From Planctomycetota bacterium (GTDB lineage Bacteria; Planctomycetota; JACQVV01), in NCBI GenBank assembly GCA_016209595.1, contig JACQVV010000510.1, positions 852 through 64,851 on the forward strand: a stretch of 64,000 nt of DNA. The letters are read 5' to 3'. Positions within the stretch are counted from its first letter, which is position 1. Each line of letters begins with the position of its first letter. The notes beneath the pieces are model-generated. The model was not told the DNA's origin, did not search any database, and saw only the letters and a program-made list of their open reading frames with translations. Of this stretch, positions 18,621-27,209 are shown piece after piece. Both the position numbers and the translations under genes were made by a program.

Positions 18621-18794
18621 CACCCCCGGGTTCGCGGCAGAGCCCCGGTGTTGGCCCCGCGGAACTACCGGCGCGCTTGACGGCCTGCTACGATACGGCG
18701 TGCCCGGCGAACGGCGATTACGTCGCGCGGGGGGGACGAACGCCCGTCCGGCACAGTGGTCCGACTCTCGATCCCGATGCCGGAGGCTCCCGTC

Positions 18795-20066
18795 ATGTCC
18801 CGCGCGATCCGCCCCGCCGTCCTCGTCCTTGCCGCCGTCCTCGCCCTTCTCGTCTCCTGCAACGGATCGTCCGACTCGGACTCCGAAGGGGGTGCGGGAA
18901 CGATCGTGATCGGGTTCACCGCCTCGCTCACGGGGAAGCTCAACGTCGAATCGGTGCGGCAGAAGAACGGACTGGAGCTCTGGGCGAAGGATGTCAACGA
19001 TGCGGGCGGGCTCGCCCTGGCGGACGGAAGGGTGCTTCGTTTCGCGACGAAGTGCTACGACGACGAGTCCGCGCAGGACCGGGTCCAGCAGCTCTACACG
19101 CGCCTGGTCACGGAGGACAGGGCCGACTTCCTGGTGAGCCCCTACTCAAGCGGCCTCACGTCGGCTGCCTCGGTCATCGCCGAGCAGAACGGCAAGGTCA
19201 TGATCTCGGCCGGCGCGGCCTCCGACTCGAACTACCGGCAAGGGTTCTCGCTCGTCTATCAGGTCTACACCCCGGCAAGCCATTACCTCACGGGCTCGAT
19301 CGACCTCATCCGGGCCGCCGCTCCGGACGCGAAGCGGATCGCCATCGTCCACGAGAACGACAAGTTCTCGACCGACGTCTGCTCCGAGCTCCGGTCGTAC
19401 GCCGAATCGAAGGGGATCGAGGTCGCGCTCTTCGAGGGCTACGATTCGGGGACCACGGATTTCGCGCCGCTCATCAACAAGGTTGCCCAGGCGTCGCCAG
19501 CGGGCATACTCGGCGGCGGACATTTCCAGGACGGCAGCACGCTCGCGCGGCAGCTCGCGGAGAAGGGGATCCCGATCCAGTTCCTCGTGCTCCTCGTCGC
19601 CCCCCCCGAGCCGAGCTTCGGCGAGCTCGGGGACGCCGCGGCGGGCGTGATCGGACCGAGCCAGTGGGAGCCCCGGGCGGCCTTCGCGCCCGGGGATGCG
19701 ACGGAGGGCGTGAGGGGGTGCGGCCCCGCCGCCGAGAGCTTCGTCGCGGCCTACCGGGCGGCGCACGGCGAGGAGCCTTCGTATCACGCGGCCGGAGGCT
19801 ACGCGGCAGGACTCGTCCTGGCGGATGCCATCTTGCGGGCGGGTGGAGTCGAGACCGAGGCCGTGCGGGAGGCGCTCGACCGGACCGACATTCTGACCTT
19901 TTTCGGCCGGATGAAGTTCGACGCGAGCGAGTCGGCGCACGGGCTCCAGATCGGCCACGAGATGGTCTACATCCAGTGGCAGAAGAACCGGGAAGGGAAT
20001 CTCGTCAAGGAGGTGGTCTGGCCCCGGGAGGCGAAGACGGCGGAGGTCCGCCACCCGGTCCGGTAG
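18795..20066 (+). CDS. ABC transporter substrate-binding lipoprotein, branched-chain amino acid (LivK/LivJ) family
   Basis: MSRAIRPAVLVLAAVLALLVSC lipobox, and IVIGFTASLTGKL...GLELWAKDVNDAGG typical of Peripla_BP_6. An alternative start is 18756. Confidence 0.8.
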   Translation: MSRAIRPAVLVLAAVLALLVSCNGSSDSDSEGGAGTIVIGFTASLTGKLNVESVRQKNGLELWAKDVNDAGGLALADGRVLRFATKCYDDESAQDRVQQLYTRLVTEDRADFLVSPYSSGLTSAASVIAEQNGKVMISAGAASDSNYRQGFSLVYQVYTPASHYLTGSIDLIRAAAPDAKRIAIVHENDKFSTDVCSELRSYAESKGIEVALFEGYDSGTTDFAPLINKVAQASPAGILGGGHFQDGSTLARQLAEKGIPIQFLVLLVAPPEPSFGELGDAAAGVIGPSQWEPRAAFAPGDATEGVRGCGPAAESFVAAYRAAHGEEPSYHAAGGYAAGLVLADAILRAGGVETEAVREALDRTDILTFFGRMKFDASESAHGLQIGHEMVYIQWQKNREGNLVKEVVWPREAKTAEVRHPVR

Positions 20067-20080
20067 CGACGGGCGCTCGC

Positions 20081-20941
20081 GTGGTCGTGGAGCTCCTGCC
20101 CTCCGCCGTCGACGGCCTCCTCGTCGGGGTCATCTACGGCCTCGCGGCGATGGGGCTCTCCCTCATCTTCGGCGTGATGCGGGTCGTCAACCTCGCGCAC
20201 GGGCCGCTGATCGCGCTCGGAATGTTCGGCGTCCACTCCCTCTTCACCGGCCTCGGCGTGAACCCCTTCCTGGCGCTCGTGCCGGTGGGGGCGCTCGGAT
20301 TCCTCGCGGGGCTCGTCCTCTACTTCGCGGCCGTCCATCCGGTGCGCAACGCGCCCCATCTCTCGAGCCTTCTTTCCACGTTCGCGGTCAACATGATCCT
20401 CGTTGGCGTGGGAACGAGCCTCTTTACGACCAACTTCCGGAACGTCGACTACTCGCTGGGGAAGGTCGAGCTCGGGACGCTCTCGATCCCGGGAACGCGG
20501 CTCGCGGCAGCCGGCATCGCCGTCCTCGTGGCCGCCGGCCTCCACGCCTTCCTCGCCTTCTCCCGGCCCGGGAAATACGTGCGCGCGGTCGCGGGCGACC
20601 GCGAGGCTGCGGAGCTCGTGGGGATCCCCTCGACCCGGGTCCTCGCCGCGAGCTTCGGCCTGGGCACGTCGCTCGCCGCGGTCGCGGGAGGGCTCGTGGC
20701 CATTCTCTTCCCCTTCACGATCCTCTCCGGCGGGACCTACGAGCTCAAGAGCTTCGTGATCGTCGTCCTGGGGGGGCTCGGCAACCCGCTCGGCGCGCTC
20801 GCGGGGGGTCTCATCCTCGGGCTCGTCGAAGGCATCGTCCCGTTCTACTTGGGGACGGGCTGGGTCCCGGTGATCGAGTTCGGGCTCTTCGTGGCGCTCC
20901 TCCTCGTCCGGCCGCAGGGGCTTTTCGGGGGGAAAAGGTGA
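20081..20941 (+). CDS. livH: Branched-chain amino acid ABC transporter permease
   Basis: GTG start inside the long ORF frame. LLPSAVDGLLVGVIYGLAAMGLSLIFGVMRVVNLAHG and the C-terminus LLVRPQGLFG. Confidence 0.85.
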   Translation: MVVELLPSAVDGLLVGVIYGLAAMGLSLIFGVMRVVNLAHGPLIALGMFGVHSLFTGLGVNPFLALVPVGALGFLAGLVLYFAAVHPVRNAPHLSSLLSTFAVNMILVGVGTSLFTTNFRNVDYSLGKVELGTLSIPGTRLAAAGIAVLVAAGLHAFLAFSRPGKYVRAVAGDREAAELVGIPSTRVLAASFGLGTSLAAVAGGLVAILFPFTILSGGTYELKSFVIVVLGGLGNPLGALAGGLILGLVEGIVPFYLGTGWVPVIEFGLFVALLLVRPQGLFGGKR

Positions 20942-21987
20942 AGGCGCTCCTCGCGCCCGGCCTGTGGACGAGCCTCGCCCTCGTGGCTGCGATCGTCTTT
21001 TACCCGGCTCTCGCCGGGGACGCCAGCGAGCGGCAGAACGCGCGGGAGACGGCCTTCCTCGTTCTCCTCGCGATCGCTCTTGCTTCGAGCCTGAACATCC
21101 TCCTGGGCTATTCGGGCTACGTGAGCTTCGGCCATATCGTCTTCTATGGGGTTGGCGGGTATGCCGGCTTCTACCTCATCTCCGTTCGAGGCTGGCATCT
21201 TGTCCCGGCTGTGCTCGCGGGCGCGCTCGTGGCTGGGCTCCTCGCGCTCGTCCTCGGGCTCTCGATCCTCCGCCTTCGCGGGCCCTACTTCGCGCTCGCC
21301 ACGATCGGCATCTCCGAGGCGATGAAGGCCTTCGTCAAGAACTTCGAGCCCCTGGGCGGCTCGACCGGGCTCACGCTCCACTTCAGCATCTACCGCGAAT
21401 ACGGCGGGGCCGCGCCGGCTCTCCGGACGGCGTACTGGGGGGTCGCGCTCATCGCGTTCCTCGCCGTCGCCATGAGCTTCTTCGTCAAGCGGTCGCGGTT
21501 CGGGCTGGGCCTCCTCGCGATCCGCGAGGACGAGGATGCCGCCCAGGGTCTCGGCGTGGCGGCGCCGCGCGCCAAGACAGTCGCGTACGTGCTCTCCGCC
21601 CTCCTCCCCGGCGCGGTCGGGGTCCTCGTCTTCTTCAAGAACGGCGTCATCGAGCCCGAGAGCGCCTTCCGGCTCCAGCTCTCGATCGAGCTCCTCGTGA
21701 TGGTCATGCTCGGAGGGCAGGGCACGGTGCTGGGGCCCCTGGTCGGTGCGGCCCTCTACCAGCAGTTGCGCTTGAAGCTCCTCACGACTCCGTTCCTCCG
21801 CGATTTCCAGCTCGCCGTGGCCGGGCTCCTTCTCCTCGCGATCGTCCTTTTTCTTCCGGCCGGCGCGGTCGGGGGGCTGCGGGCCGTGGCGAGGTTCCTC
21901 AACAGGAAGATGGTTCTCTTTCTCCCGGCGGGAGCCGTCGAATGGCTTCGCGCCCGGTCGAGGTTCCTCGCCAGGTTGATCGAATGA
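20938..21987 (+). CDS. livM: Branched-chain amino acid ABC transporter permease
   Basis: SLNILLGYSGYVSFGHIVFYGVGGY and LRGPYFALATIGISE. Overlaps livH by 4 nt. The C-terminal 23-residue segment is tandemly duplicated. Confidence 0.85.
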   Translation: MKALLAPGLWTSLALVAAIVFYPALAGDASERQNARETAFLVLLAIALASSLNILLGYSGYVSFGHIVFYGVGGYAGFYLISVRGWHLVPAVLAGALVAGLLALVLGLSILRLRGPYFALATIGISEAMKAFVKNFEPLGGSTGLTLHFSIYREYGGAAPALRTAYWGVALIAFLAVAMSFFVKRSRFGLGLLAIREDEDAAQGLGVAAPRAKTVAYVLSALLPGAVGVLVFFKNGVIEPESAFRLQLSIELLVMVMLGGQGTVLGPLVGAALYQQLRLKLLTTPFLRDFQLAVAGLLLLAIVLFLPAGAVGGLRAVARFLNRKMVLFLPAGAVEWLRARSRFLARLIE

Positions 21988-22775
21988 TCCTTGTCGCCGA
22001 GGGCGTGACCAAGGAGTTCGGCGGCCTCGTGGCGCTCCGGGACGTGAGCTTCGAGGCGCGCGAGGGAGAGATCCTGGGCGTGATCGGGCCGAACGGCGCC
22101 GGGAAGACCACGCTCTTCCACTGCGTCCACGGCATGCACCGGCCGACGCGGGGGCGCGTGATCTTCCGCGGGAAGGCGATCCAGGGGCTCCCGCCCCACC
22201 GGGTGGCGAGGCTGGGGCTCGCGCGGACGCACCAGATCGTCCGGCCGCTCCCGGAGCTCACGGTGCGCGAGAACGCCGCCGTGGGCGCGTGCTACGGGCG
22301 CGAAGGGCTCGGGCTCGCGAAGGGCCTCGCGGCCGCCGACGAGGCGCTCGCCCAGGTGGGGCTCGTCGCGAAGCGCGACGTCCCCGCGGCGAAACTCAAC
22401 CTGGGGGAGAAGAAGCGTCTGGAGCTCGCCCGCGCCCTCGCGGCCCGGCCCTACCTCGTTCTCCTCGACGAGGTCCTGGCGGGCCTCAATCCCTCCGAGG
22501 TCGACGCGATGCTTGTCACGCTCCGCGCTGTCCGGGACCGAGGCGTGACGCTCGTCCTCGTGGAGCACATCCTGCGGGCCGTGATGGGCCTCTCCGACCG
22601 CGTCCTCGTCCTCGATCGCGGGGAGAAGATCGCCGAGGGACCTCCCGACGAGGTCTCCCGGGATCCTCGCGTGATCGAGGCGTACCTCGGAGACCCGCGG
22701 GCCGCGGCAAGGCTCGTAGAGGGATCGGGGAAGGGGGCCGGTTCCTCTCCCCCCTGCGAGGGAACGGGGGCGTAG
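21984..22775 (+). CDS. livG: Branched-chain amino acid ABC transporter ATP-binding protein
   Basis: ATGA overlap with livM. Walker A GPNGAGKTT, signature LNLGEKKRLELARAL, Walker B YLVLLDEVLAG and EAYLG, followed by a tail of roughly 25 residues. Confidence 0.9.
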   Translation: MILVAEGVTKEFGGLVALRDVSFEAREGEILGVIGPNGAGKTTLFHCVHGMHRPTRGRVIFRGKAIQGLPPHRVARLGLARTHQIVRPLPELTVRENAAVGACYGREGLGLAKGLAAADEALAQVGLVAKRDVPAAKLNLGEKKRLELARALAARPYLVLLDEVLAGLNPSEVDAMLVTLRAVRDRGVTLVLVEHILRAVMGLSDRVLVLDRGEKIAEGPPDEVSRDPRVIEAYLGDPRAAARLVEGSGKGAGSSPPCEGTGA

Positions 22776-22776
22776 C

Positions 22777-23535
22777 GTGCAGATCCTGGAAGCGCACGGG
22801 ATCGAATCGGGCTACGGCGACGTCCAGGTCCTCTGGGGTGTGAGCCTCGCGCTCGAGGCCGGCCATGTGACCGCGCTCGTCGGTGGAAACGGCGCGGGAA
22901 AGACGACGCTCCTCTCGACGCTCGTCGGGCGGATCCGACCGCGGAGGGGCCGGATCGTTTTCCAGGGCGAGGACGTGACCCGGCTCGCCGCACACGCGAG
23001 GACCCGGCGCGGGCTCGTCCTCGTGCCCGAGGGGCGGCGCCTCTTCACCGAGATGACGGTCCTGGAGAACCTCCAGATGGGCGCGACCCCGAAGCGCGCC
23101 CGCGCGCGGATGCGCCCGAACCTCGATCGCGTCCTCGCCCTCTTCCCGCGCCTCTCGGAGCGGACCCGCCAGAAGGCCGGGACCCTCTCGGGCGGCGAGC
23201 AGCAGATGCTCGCGGTGGCGCGGGGCCTCATGTCGGAGCCGTCCCTCCTCATGGTGGACGAGCTCTCGCTCGGCCTCGCGCCCGTCCTCGCCGTGGAGCT
23301 CTTCCGCGCGCTCCTCACGCTCAAGGACGACGGGCTCTCGATCCTCCTCGTCGAGCAGAACGTCAGCCTGGCCCTGGGCGCGAGCGACCACGCCTACGTG
23401 CTCCGCGAGGGGAGGATCGAGCTCTCCGGCCCGGCGAGCGAGGTGAAGAGCGACGAGCGGGTCCGGCGGGCGTACCTCGGGATCGCCTGCGATCCAGGCC
23501 GTCCTCTCCCTCCCTCCCCGACCGCCGAAGCGTGA
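22777..23535 (+). CDS. livF: Branched-chain amino acid ABC transporter ATP-binding protein
   Basis: Walker A GGNGAGKTT, signature LSGGEQQMLAVARGL, Walker B LLMVDELSLGLAP and RRAYLGI, followed by a 16-residue tail encoded by repeat sequence. Confidence 0.9.
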   Translation: MQILEAHGIESGYGDVQVLWGVSLALEAGHVTALVGGNGAGKTTLLSTLVGRIRPRRGRIVFQGEDVTRLAAHARTRRGLVLVPEGRRLFTEMTVLENLQMGATPKRARARMRPNLDRVLALFPRLSERTRQKAGTLSGGEQQMLAVARGLMSEPSLLMVDELSLGLAPVLAVELFRALLTLKDDGLSILLVEQNVSLALGASDHAYVLREGRIELSGPASEVKSDERVRRAYLGIACDPGRPLPPSPTAEA

Positions 23536-23597
23536 GGCGGACGGATTGCGCCGGAAGGCCGCGAAGGGGCCCTCCCTCCACGACCGCCGAGGCGTGA
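23459..23597 (+). repeat. Direct repeat, left copy (livF 3' end plus truncated hairpin element)
   Basis: 139 bp matching 27316..27454 with about six mismatches by eye. It spans the livF codons RVRRAYLGI..AEA-stop and downstream sequence, and it ends exactly at ggcgtga. Confidence 0.85.
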
Positions 23598-23607
23598 CAG
23601 CGCGGCT

Positions 23608-24837
23608 TCAAGTCGAACCGGGCGGTGCTTGACACCCGGCGGCCGGACGCGTGTAGCCGATCCTGGAGACCCCCTTCTCCTCGACGTCCGGGCGCCCGTG
23701 GATGGTCGCGTAGAGCGCCGCCAGCGACGGGTCTTCTGCGAACGAGACGCCCGCGTGGCCGCGTCTGGACAGCCAGTCTTCTGCCGCCGCTCGATCGAAC
23801 GGAAGGAATCGAAGTCCCTGGAGGGCCCGGCCGGGCCGCATGAACGCGGGATCGATGCGATCGATCTCCTCGTTCGTCGTGAGCAGGAACAAGAGACCCG
23901 TCCCCTGGCCGAGCAGTCCGTCGGTCAGGTTGAGGAGCCGTGCCATCCGGTTCGCTACAGTCGATCTCGAGGCCTCCATCACCAGGTCCGGAGCGTCCTC
24001 GACGACGAACAGCCGGCCGCGCCCGGAGTCGTCCGCGTGGTCCTCGTCAGAGACTAGCCCGAGGACATTCGGCGAGAACAGGACCTCGTGGAGATAACTC
24101 GCATCCTCGAAGAAGCGCTCGGGGTCGGTGACGACCTCGATTCGCATCGACCTCCAGGCTCGCATGAGAGCCCGAACCGCGTAGGACTTTCCGGTTCCCG
24201 GCGGACCGTGCCAGAAGACGAGCCTTCCGATCTCGTGCGGCCGCTCGAGCCCGACCAGCCATTCGATCCGGGATGCGATGCCGGGATAGTTGCCCGCGAT
24301 CGACGGCCAGGAAGGGCAGTCGAGCACCCTCGTGGTCGCCTGTGCCCCACGCGGCCCCGAGAACCAGAAGATGACCCGGACCCCGGAGGGCCCGACATCC
24401 TGGCGAGGAAACGTGGCGCCGACGACATCGAGCGACGCGCGAGCGGCACCTGCATCTCGCGAATAGGCGACGGCCTCGATCCAGTCGCGAGCGACCCGGA
24501 TCTCGAGAACCAGACCGCTCCCGGCCAGGATCGCAACGAGTCGCCGGTCGGTTCTCATCCGGTATGCGACCCGCAGGCCGAGTCCTTCGGAGACCGAGTC
24601 CAGCAGACTGTCCCACACGTCCGGGGAGTTTGGCGAGCAACCGTCCGATCGCCACCGCCACTCGCGCGTGACGGTCTCCAGGGGCCGGAGCGCATCGACC
24701 TGTTGCCGGACCGCCTGCAAGAACAGGTAGTCCTCGATGGTGCGCGCCTGGAGCGTGATGACCGCGCCTGCTTTCAGATCGCCCAGGCTTCCCATCGATT
24801 CGGCTCCCGGACTCGCGCGCACCGCGGACTGGTTCAT
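23608..24837 (-). CDS. AAA+ ATPase with uncharacterised ~200-aa N-terminal domain
   Basis: Walker A HGPPGTGKS, Walker B RLFVVEDAPD, sensor LLFLLTTN and Arg finger region DPAFMRPGR. I do not recognise the N-terminal half. An alternative start is 24795. Confidence 0.8.
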   Translation of the reverse strand: MNQSAVRASPGAESMGSLGDLKAGAVITLQARTIEDYLFLQAVRQQVDALRPLETVTREWRWRSDGCSPNSPDVWDSLLDSVSEGLGLRVAYRMRTDRRLVAILAGSGLVLEIRVARDWIEAVAYSRDAGAARASLDVVGATFPRQDVGPSGVRVIFWFSGPRGAQATTRVLDCPSWPSIAGNYPGIASRIEWLVGLERPHEIGRLVFWHGPPGTGKSYAVRALMRAWRSMRIEVVTDPERFFEDASYLHEVLFSPNVLGLVSDEDHADDSGRGRLFVVEDAPDLVMEASRSTVANRMARLLNLTDGLLGQGTGLLFLLTTNEEIDRIDPAFMRPGRALQGLRFLPFDRAAAEDWLSRRGHAGVSFAEDPSLAALYATIHGRPDVEEKGVSRIGYTRPAAGCQAPPGST

Positions 24838-24888
24838 GTTCGATCCCTCGCTGTTCCGTCTGGGTCTTCAGCCCGGATGCTAGCAAGT

Positions 24889-24915
24889 CTCCCTGGACAC
24901 GGACTGTCCAGGGAG
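24889..24915. promoter_or_regulatory. Perfect 11-bp inverted repeat (candidate WYL-regulator operator or RBS-masking hairpin)
   Basis: ctccctggaca-cggac-tgtccagggag, read directly. It lies in the 92-bp divergent spacer, 15 nt upstream of the GTG at 24930, and overlaps the gggagg Shine-Dalgarno-like sequence. Confidence 0.45.
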
Positions 24916-24929
24916 GCGAGAATCGCGCC

Positions 24930-26060
24930 GTGAAGACCCCCACCCCCTGGCGCTCCGGCGCGGGCGACGACTACCTGAACCGGTTCAAGCGCTTCTTCCA
25001 CGTCGACCGGCGGCTACGGGACGGCGGCTGCCCCAGCGTGTCCGTGCTCGCCCGGGAATGCGGGGTCTCGACCAAGACCATCTACCGGGATCTCGAGAGC
25101 CTCCGGACGGAGTTCGGGGCTCCCCTTGAGTACGTGGCGCGCATGCGAGGCTGGCGCTACCAGGGAACGACGTTCGCGCTACCGGCCGCGGTCCTCGGCA
25201 AGCGCGACCTCTTCGCCCTGATGGTGGCGGAGAAGGCCGTCGCCCAGTACGAGGGCACGCCGCTCGCGCAGGAGCTCCGGATGTCTTTCGACAAGATTCT
25301 CTCGGCCTTGCCCCCCGACGAGCTGAGAGCTCACCGGATCGCGTCCGCGGCGATCCACTTCGGCGGGCTCCCGGCCCCGCGGATCGACCCCGACGTGTGG
25401 TCGGCACTCGCATGTGCGATCCGCGACCGCCAGGTTCTCGAGCTGGACTACCGTCCCGCTGGTGATTGTTCTGTTCAGCCTCGAGAGGTCGAGCCCTACG
25501 CGCTCGTCGTCCGGGATCGCGATTGGTTCCTTGTCGGACGATCCGTCCTCCACGACCAGATCCCCATGTACTACCTCCCGCGCATCGCCGGAATCCGCCC
25601 GCTCGGGCGCCTGTTCGAGGTTCCGGATGGATTCTCAGTGGAGGAGTACCTCGCCCAGGGATTCAACGCCGTCCAGTCGGGTCGCGGGATCTACTCGATC
25701 GCCCTCCGTTTTCCGCCCGATCACGCGCACCTTGCCTCCGAGCGCGCCTGGTCGCCGTCGCAGCAGATCGCCCGGCATCGCGATGGCTCGGTGACGGTGC
25801 GGTTCCACTCGAGCGCCCTGTTCGAAATCGAGCGACAGGTCCTTCGGTTCGCGGGCGCCGTCGAGGTCGTCGCGCCCCGCGAGCTCCGGGAGTCGGTGGC
25901 ACGGGCGGCGTCGATCGTCGCCAGAATGCACCGAACGAAGACGCCGGACTCCGGTAGAATCACGCGGTCGGGCCGGTCCACCGATCGCCGCGCGAAGGGG
26001 AGGAATCCGGATGGAAGAGCTCGGAATGCGGGTGAGCGCCGCTCTGGACGCGCTCCTTGA
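24930..26060 (+). CDS. HTH-WYL-WCX transcriptional regulator (CapW/BrxR/PafBC-like architecture)
   Basis: The N-terminal wHTH is SVLARECGVSTKTIYRDLESLRTEFGAPL. The WYL-type domain is VLELDYRP...REVEPYALVVRDRDWFLVGR. The C-terminal part ends with GAVEVVAPRELRESV. Confidence 0.8.
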   Translation: MKTPTPWRSGAGDDYLNRFKRFFHVDRRLRDGGCPSVSVLARECGVSTKTIYRDLESLRTEFGAPLEYVARMRGWRYQGTTFALPAAVLGKRDLFALMVAEKAVAQYEGTPLAQELRMSFDKILSALPPDELRAHRIASAAIHFGGLPAPRIDPDVWSALACAIRDRQVLELDYRPAGDCSVQPREVEPYALVVRDRDWFLVGRSVLHDQIPMYYLPRIAGIRPLGRLFEVPDGFSVEEYLAQGFNAVQSGRGIYSIALRFPPDHAHLASERAWSPSQQIARHRDGSVTVRFHSSALFEIERQVLRFAGAVEVVAPRELRESVARAASIVARMHRTKTPDSGRITRSGRSTDRRAKGRNPDGRARNAGERRSGRAP

Positions 26061-26529
26061 GGACCCTGGGCGGAGCACCTGGGATACCAAGAGATGGACG
26101 GACCATGTGAAGTCCGCCGTGGTGGGGCTCGCCCGCGAGGCCGGGCAGCGTGCCTACGCGTCGGGCGATTGCGGGGCGTACGGTCGAGAATGGCTCTACG
26201 ATCTTTCTTGGCTCGATTACTCCCCCGGCGAGAAGCGCCTCTCGAGGACTGTCCTCGTCATGGAATCCGAGTGGGCATGGGATAAGCGGGAACGCGACCG
26301 GGATTTCCTCAAGCTCCTGGTCGCGCGGGCCGACCTCCGCGTGATGGTCTTCCCAGCCCAGGACGCCGCCAAGTGGCAGAGCACCGTGGATTGGTTCGTG
26401 GATCTCATCCAGGCATGCCAGCAGTCACAGCCGGGTGATCGCTACCTCTTCGCTGGCTGGAGGACGGATATCAAGCGCTTCCAGCATCGCCACTACGTCC
26501 ACGCGAGCCCGGCGTCCCCTCCGCCCTAG
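26011..26529 (+). CDS. Hypothetical protein (family not recognised; possible nuclease-like fold)
   Basis: 172-aa ORF overlapping the WYL gene end by 50 nt, with non-junk composition. The pattern EWLYDLSWL...VLVMESEWAW...DFLKLLVARADLRVMVF (strand, acidic residues, strand) only weakly suggests a PD-(D/E)xK-like core. Confidence 0.5.
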   Translation: MEELGMRVSAALDALLEDPGRSTWDTKRWTDHVKSAVVGLAREAGQRAYASGDCGAYGREWLYDLSWLDYSPGEKRLSRTVLVMESEWAWDKRERDRDFLKLLVARADLRVMVFPAQDAAKWQSTVDWFVDLIQACQQSQPGDRYLFAGWRTDIKRFQHRHYVHASPASPPP

Positions 26530-26560
26530 AGACCCCTTCCCTTCATCGGGCAGCGTGCGT

Positions 26561-26782
26561 ATGCTCCATGCCATGCGGGGCGTCAAAGGCGTATATGAGA
26601 ATCAGGTCGTGCGACCGGAGCACCCCCTTCCCGTCCCCGAGGGCACGCAGGTGACGATTCTCGTGCCGGGGGAGGTGACGGACTACGACGAGCTGAGACA
26701 ACAGGCGCTCGAGTGGCTGCACCGCGGATTCCGGCTCGGTCCGAGGCTCTACCGCAGCCGCGACGAGTTGCATGAGCGGTAG
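26561..26782 (+). CDS. Antitoxin, DUF104/AF2212-like, partner of the PIN toxin
   Basis: MRGVKGVYENQVVRPEHPLPVPEGTQVTILVP matches the YENGVxKPLEPVxLPEGTxVxI signature. Overlaps the vapC start by 11 nt. Start is 26561 or 26573. Confidence 0.65.
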   Translation: MLHAMRGVKGVYENQVVRPEHPLPVPEGTQVTILVPGEVTDYDELRQQALEWLHRGFRLGPRLYRSRDELHER

Positions 26783-27194
26783 AGTCTTCGTCGACACGAA
26801 CGTCCTCGTGTACGCGCACGACAAGACGGACACGGCGAAGAACGCGCGGGCCCAAGCCGTGGTCAAGGACCTGTGGGTGACACACCTGGGGGTGATCAGC
26901 TCGCAGGTGATACTTGAGTTCTTCACCGTCGTTACTCGTAAGGTCGCCAAGCCGATCCCCTCAGCCGAGGCCCACGGGCTCGTATCGCTTTACCTGCGCG
27001 CCTGGCATGTCGTTTGGCCGACCCCGGAGCTCGTCGAAAAGACACTGGGACGCTCGGTCCAGGACAACCGGACCGTCTGGGATTCGCAGATCATCGAGAG
27101 CGCGATCGCTGCAGGCGCTGACGAGCTTCTCTCCGAGGATTTCACCGATGGCGAGCGCTTCGGAGCAGTGCGCGTGAGGAACCCGCTGGCGTAG
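26772..27194 (+). CDS. vapC: PIN-domain ribonuclease toxin (VapC family)
   Basis: VFVDTNVLVYAHD at the N-terminus and, later, WDSQIIESAIAAGADELLSEDF, as in VapC acidic-residue positions. Confidence 0.8.
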   Translation: MSGRVFVDTNVLVYAHDKTDTAKNARAQAVVKDLWVTHLGVISSQVILEFFTVVTRKVAKPIPSAEAHGLVSLYLRAWHVVWPTPELVEKTLGRSVQDNRTVWDSQIIESAIAAGADELLSEDFTDGERFGAVRVRNPLA

Positions 27195-27209
27195 TGCCTC
27201 GGCCGTCGT

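Noticed and set aside
18670-18720. cttgacgg..tacgat upstream of the substrate-binding protein gene as a sigma-70 promoter.
   Set aside because: The spacing between the TTGACG hexamer and any TA-rich hexamer is only 6-9 nt, far from the 16-18 nt optimum.
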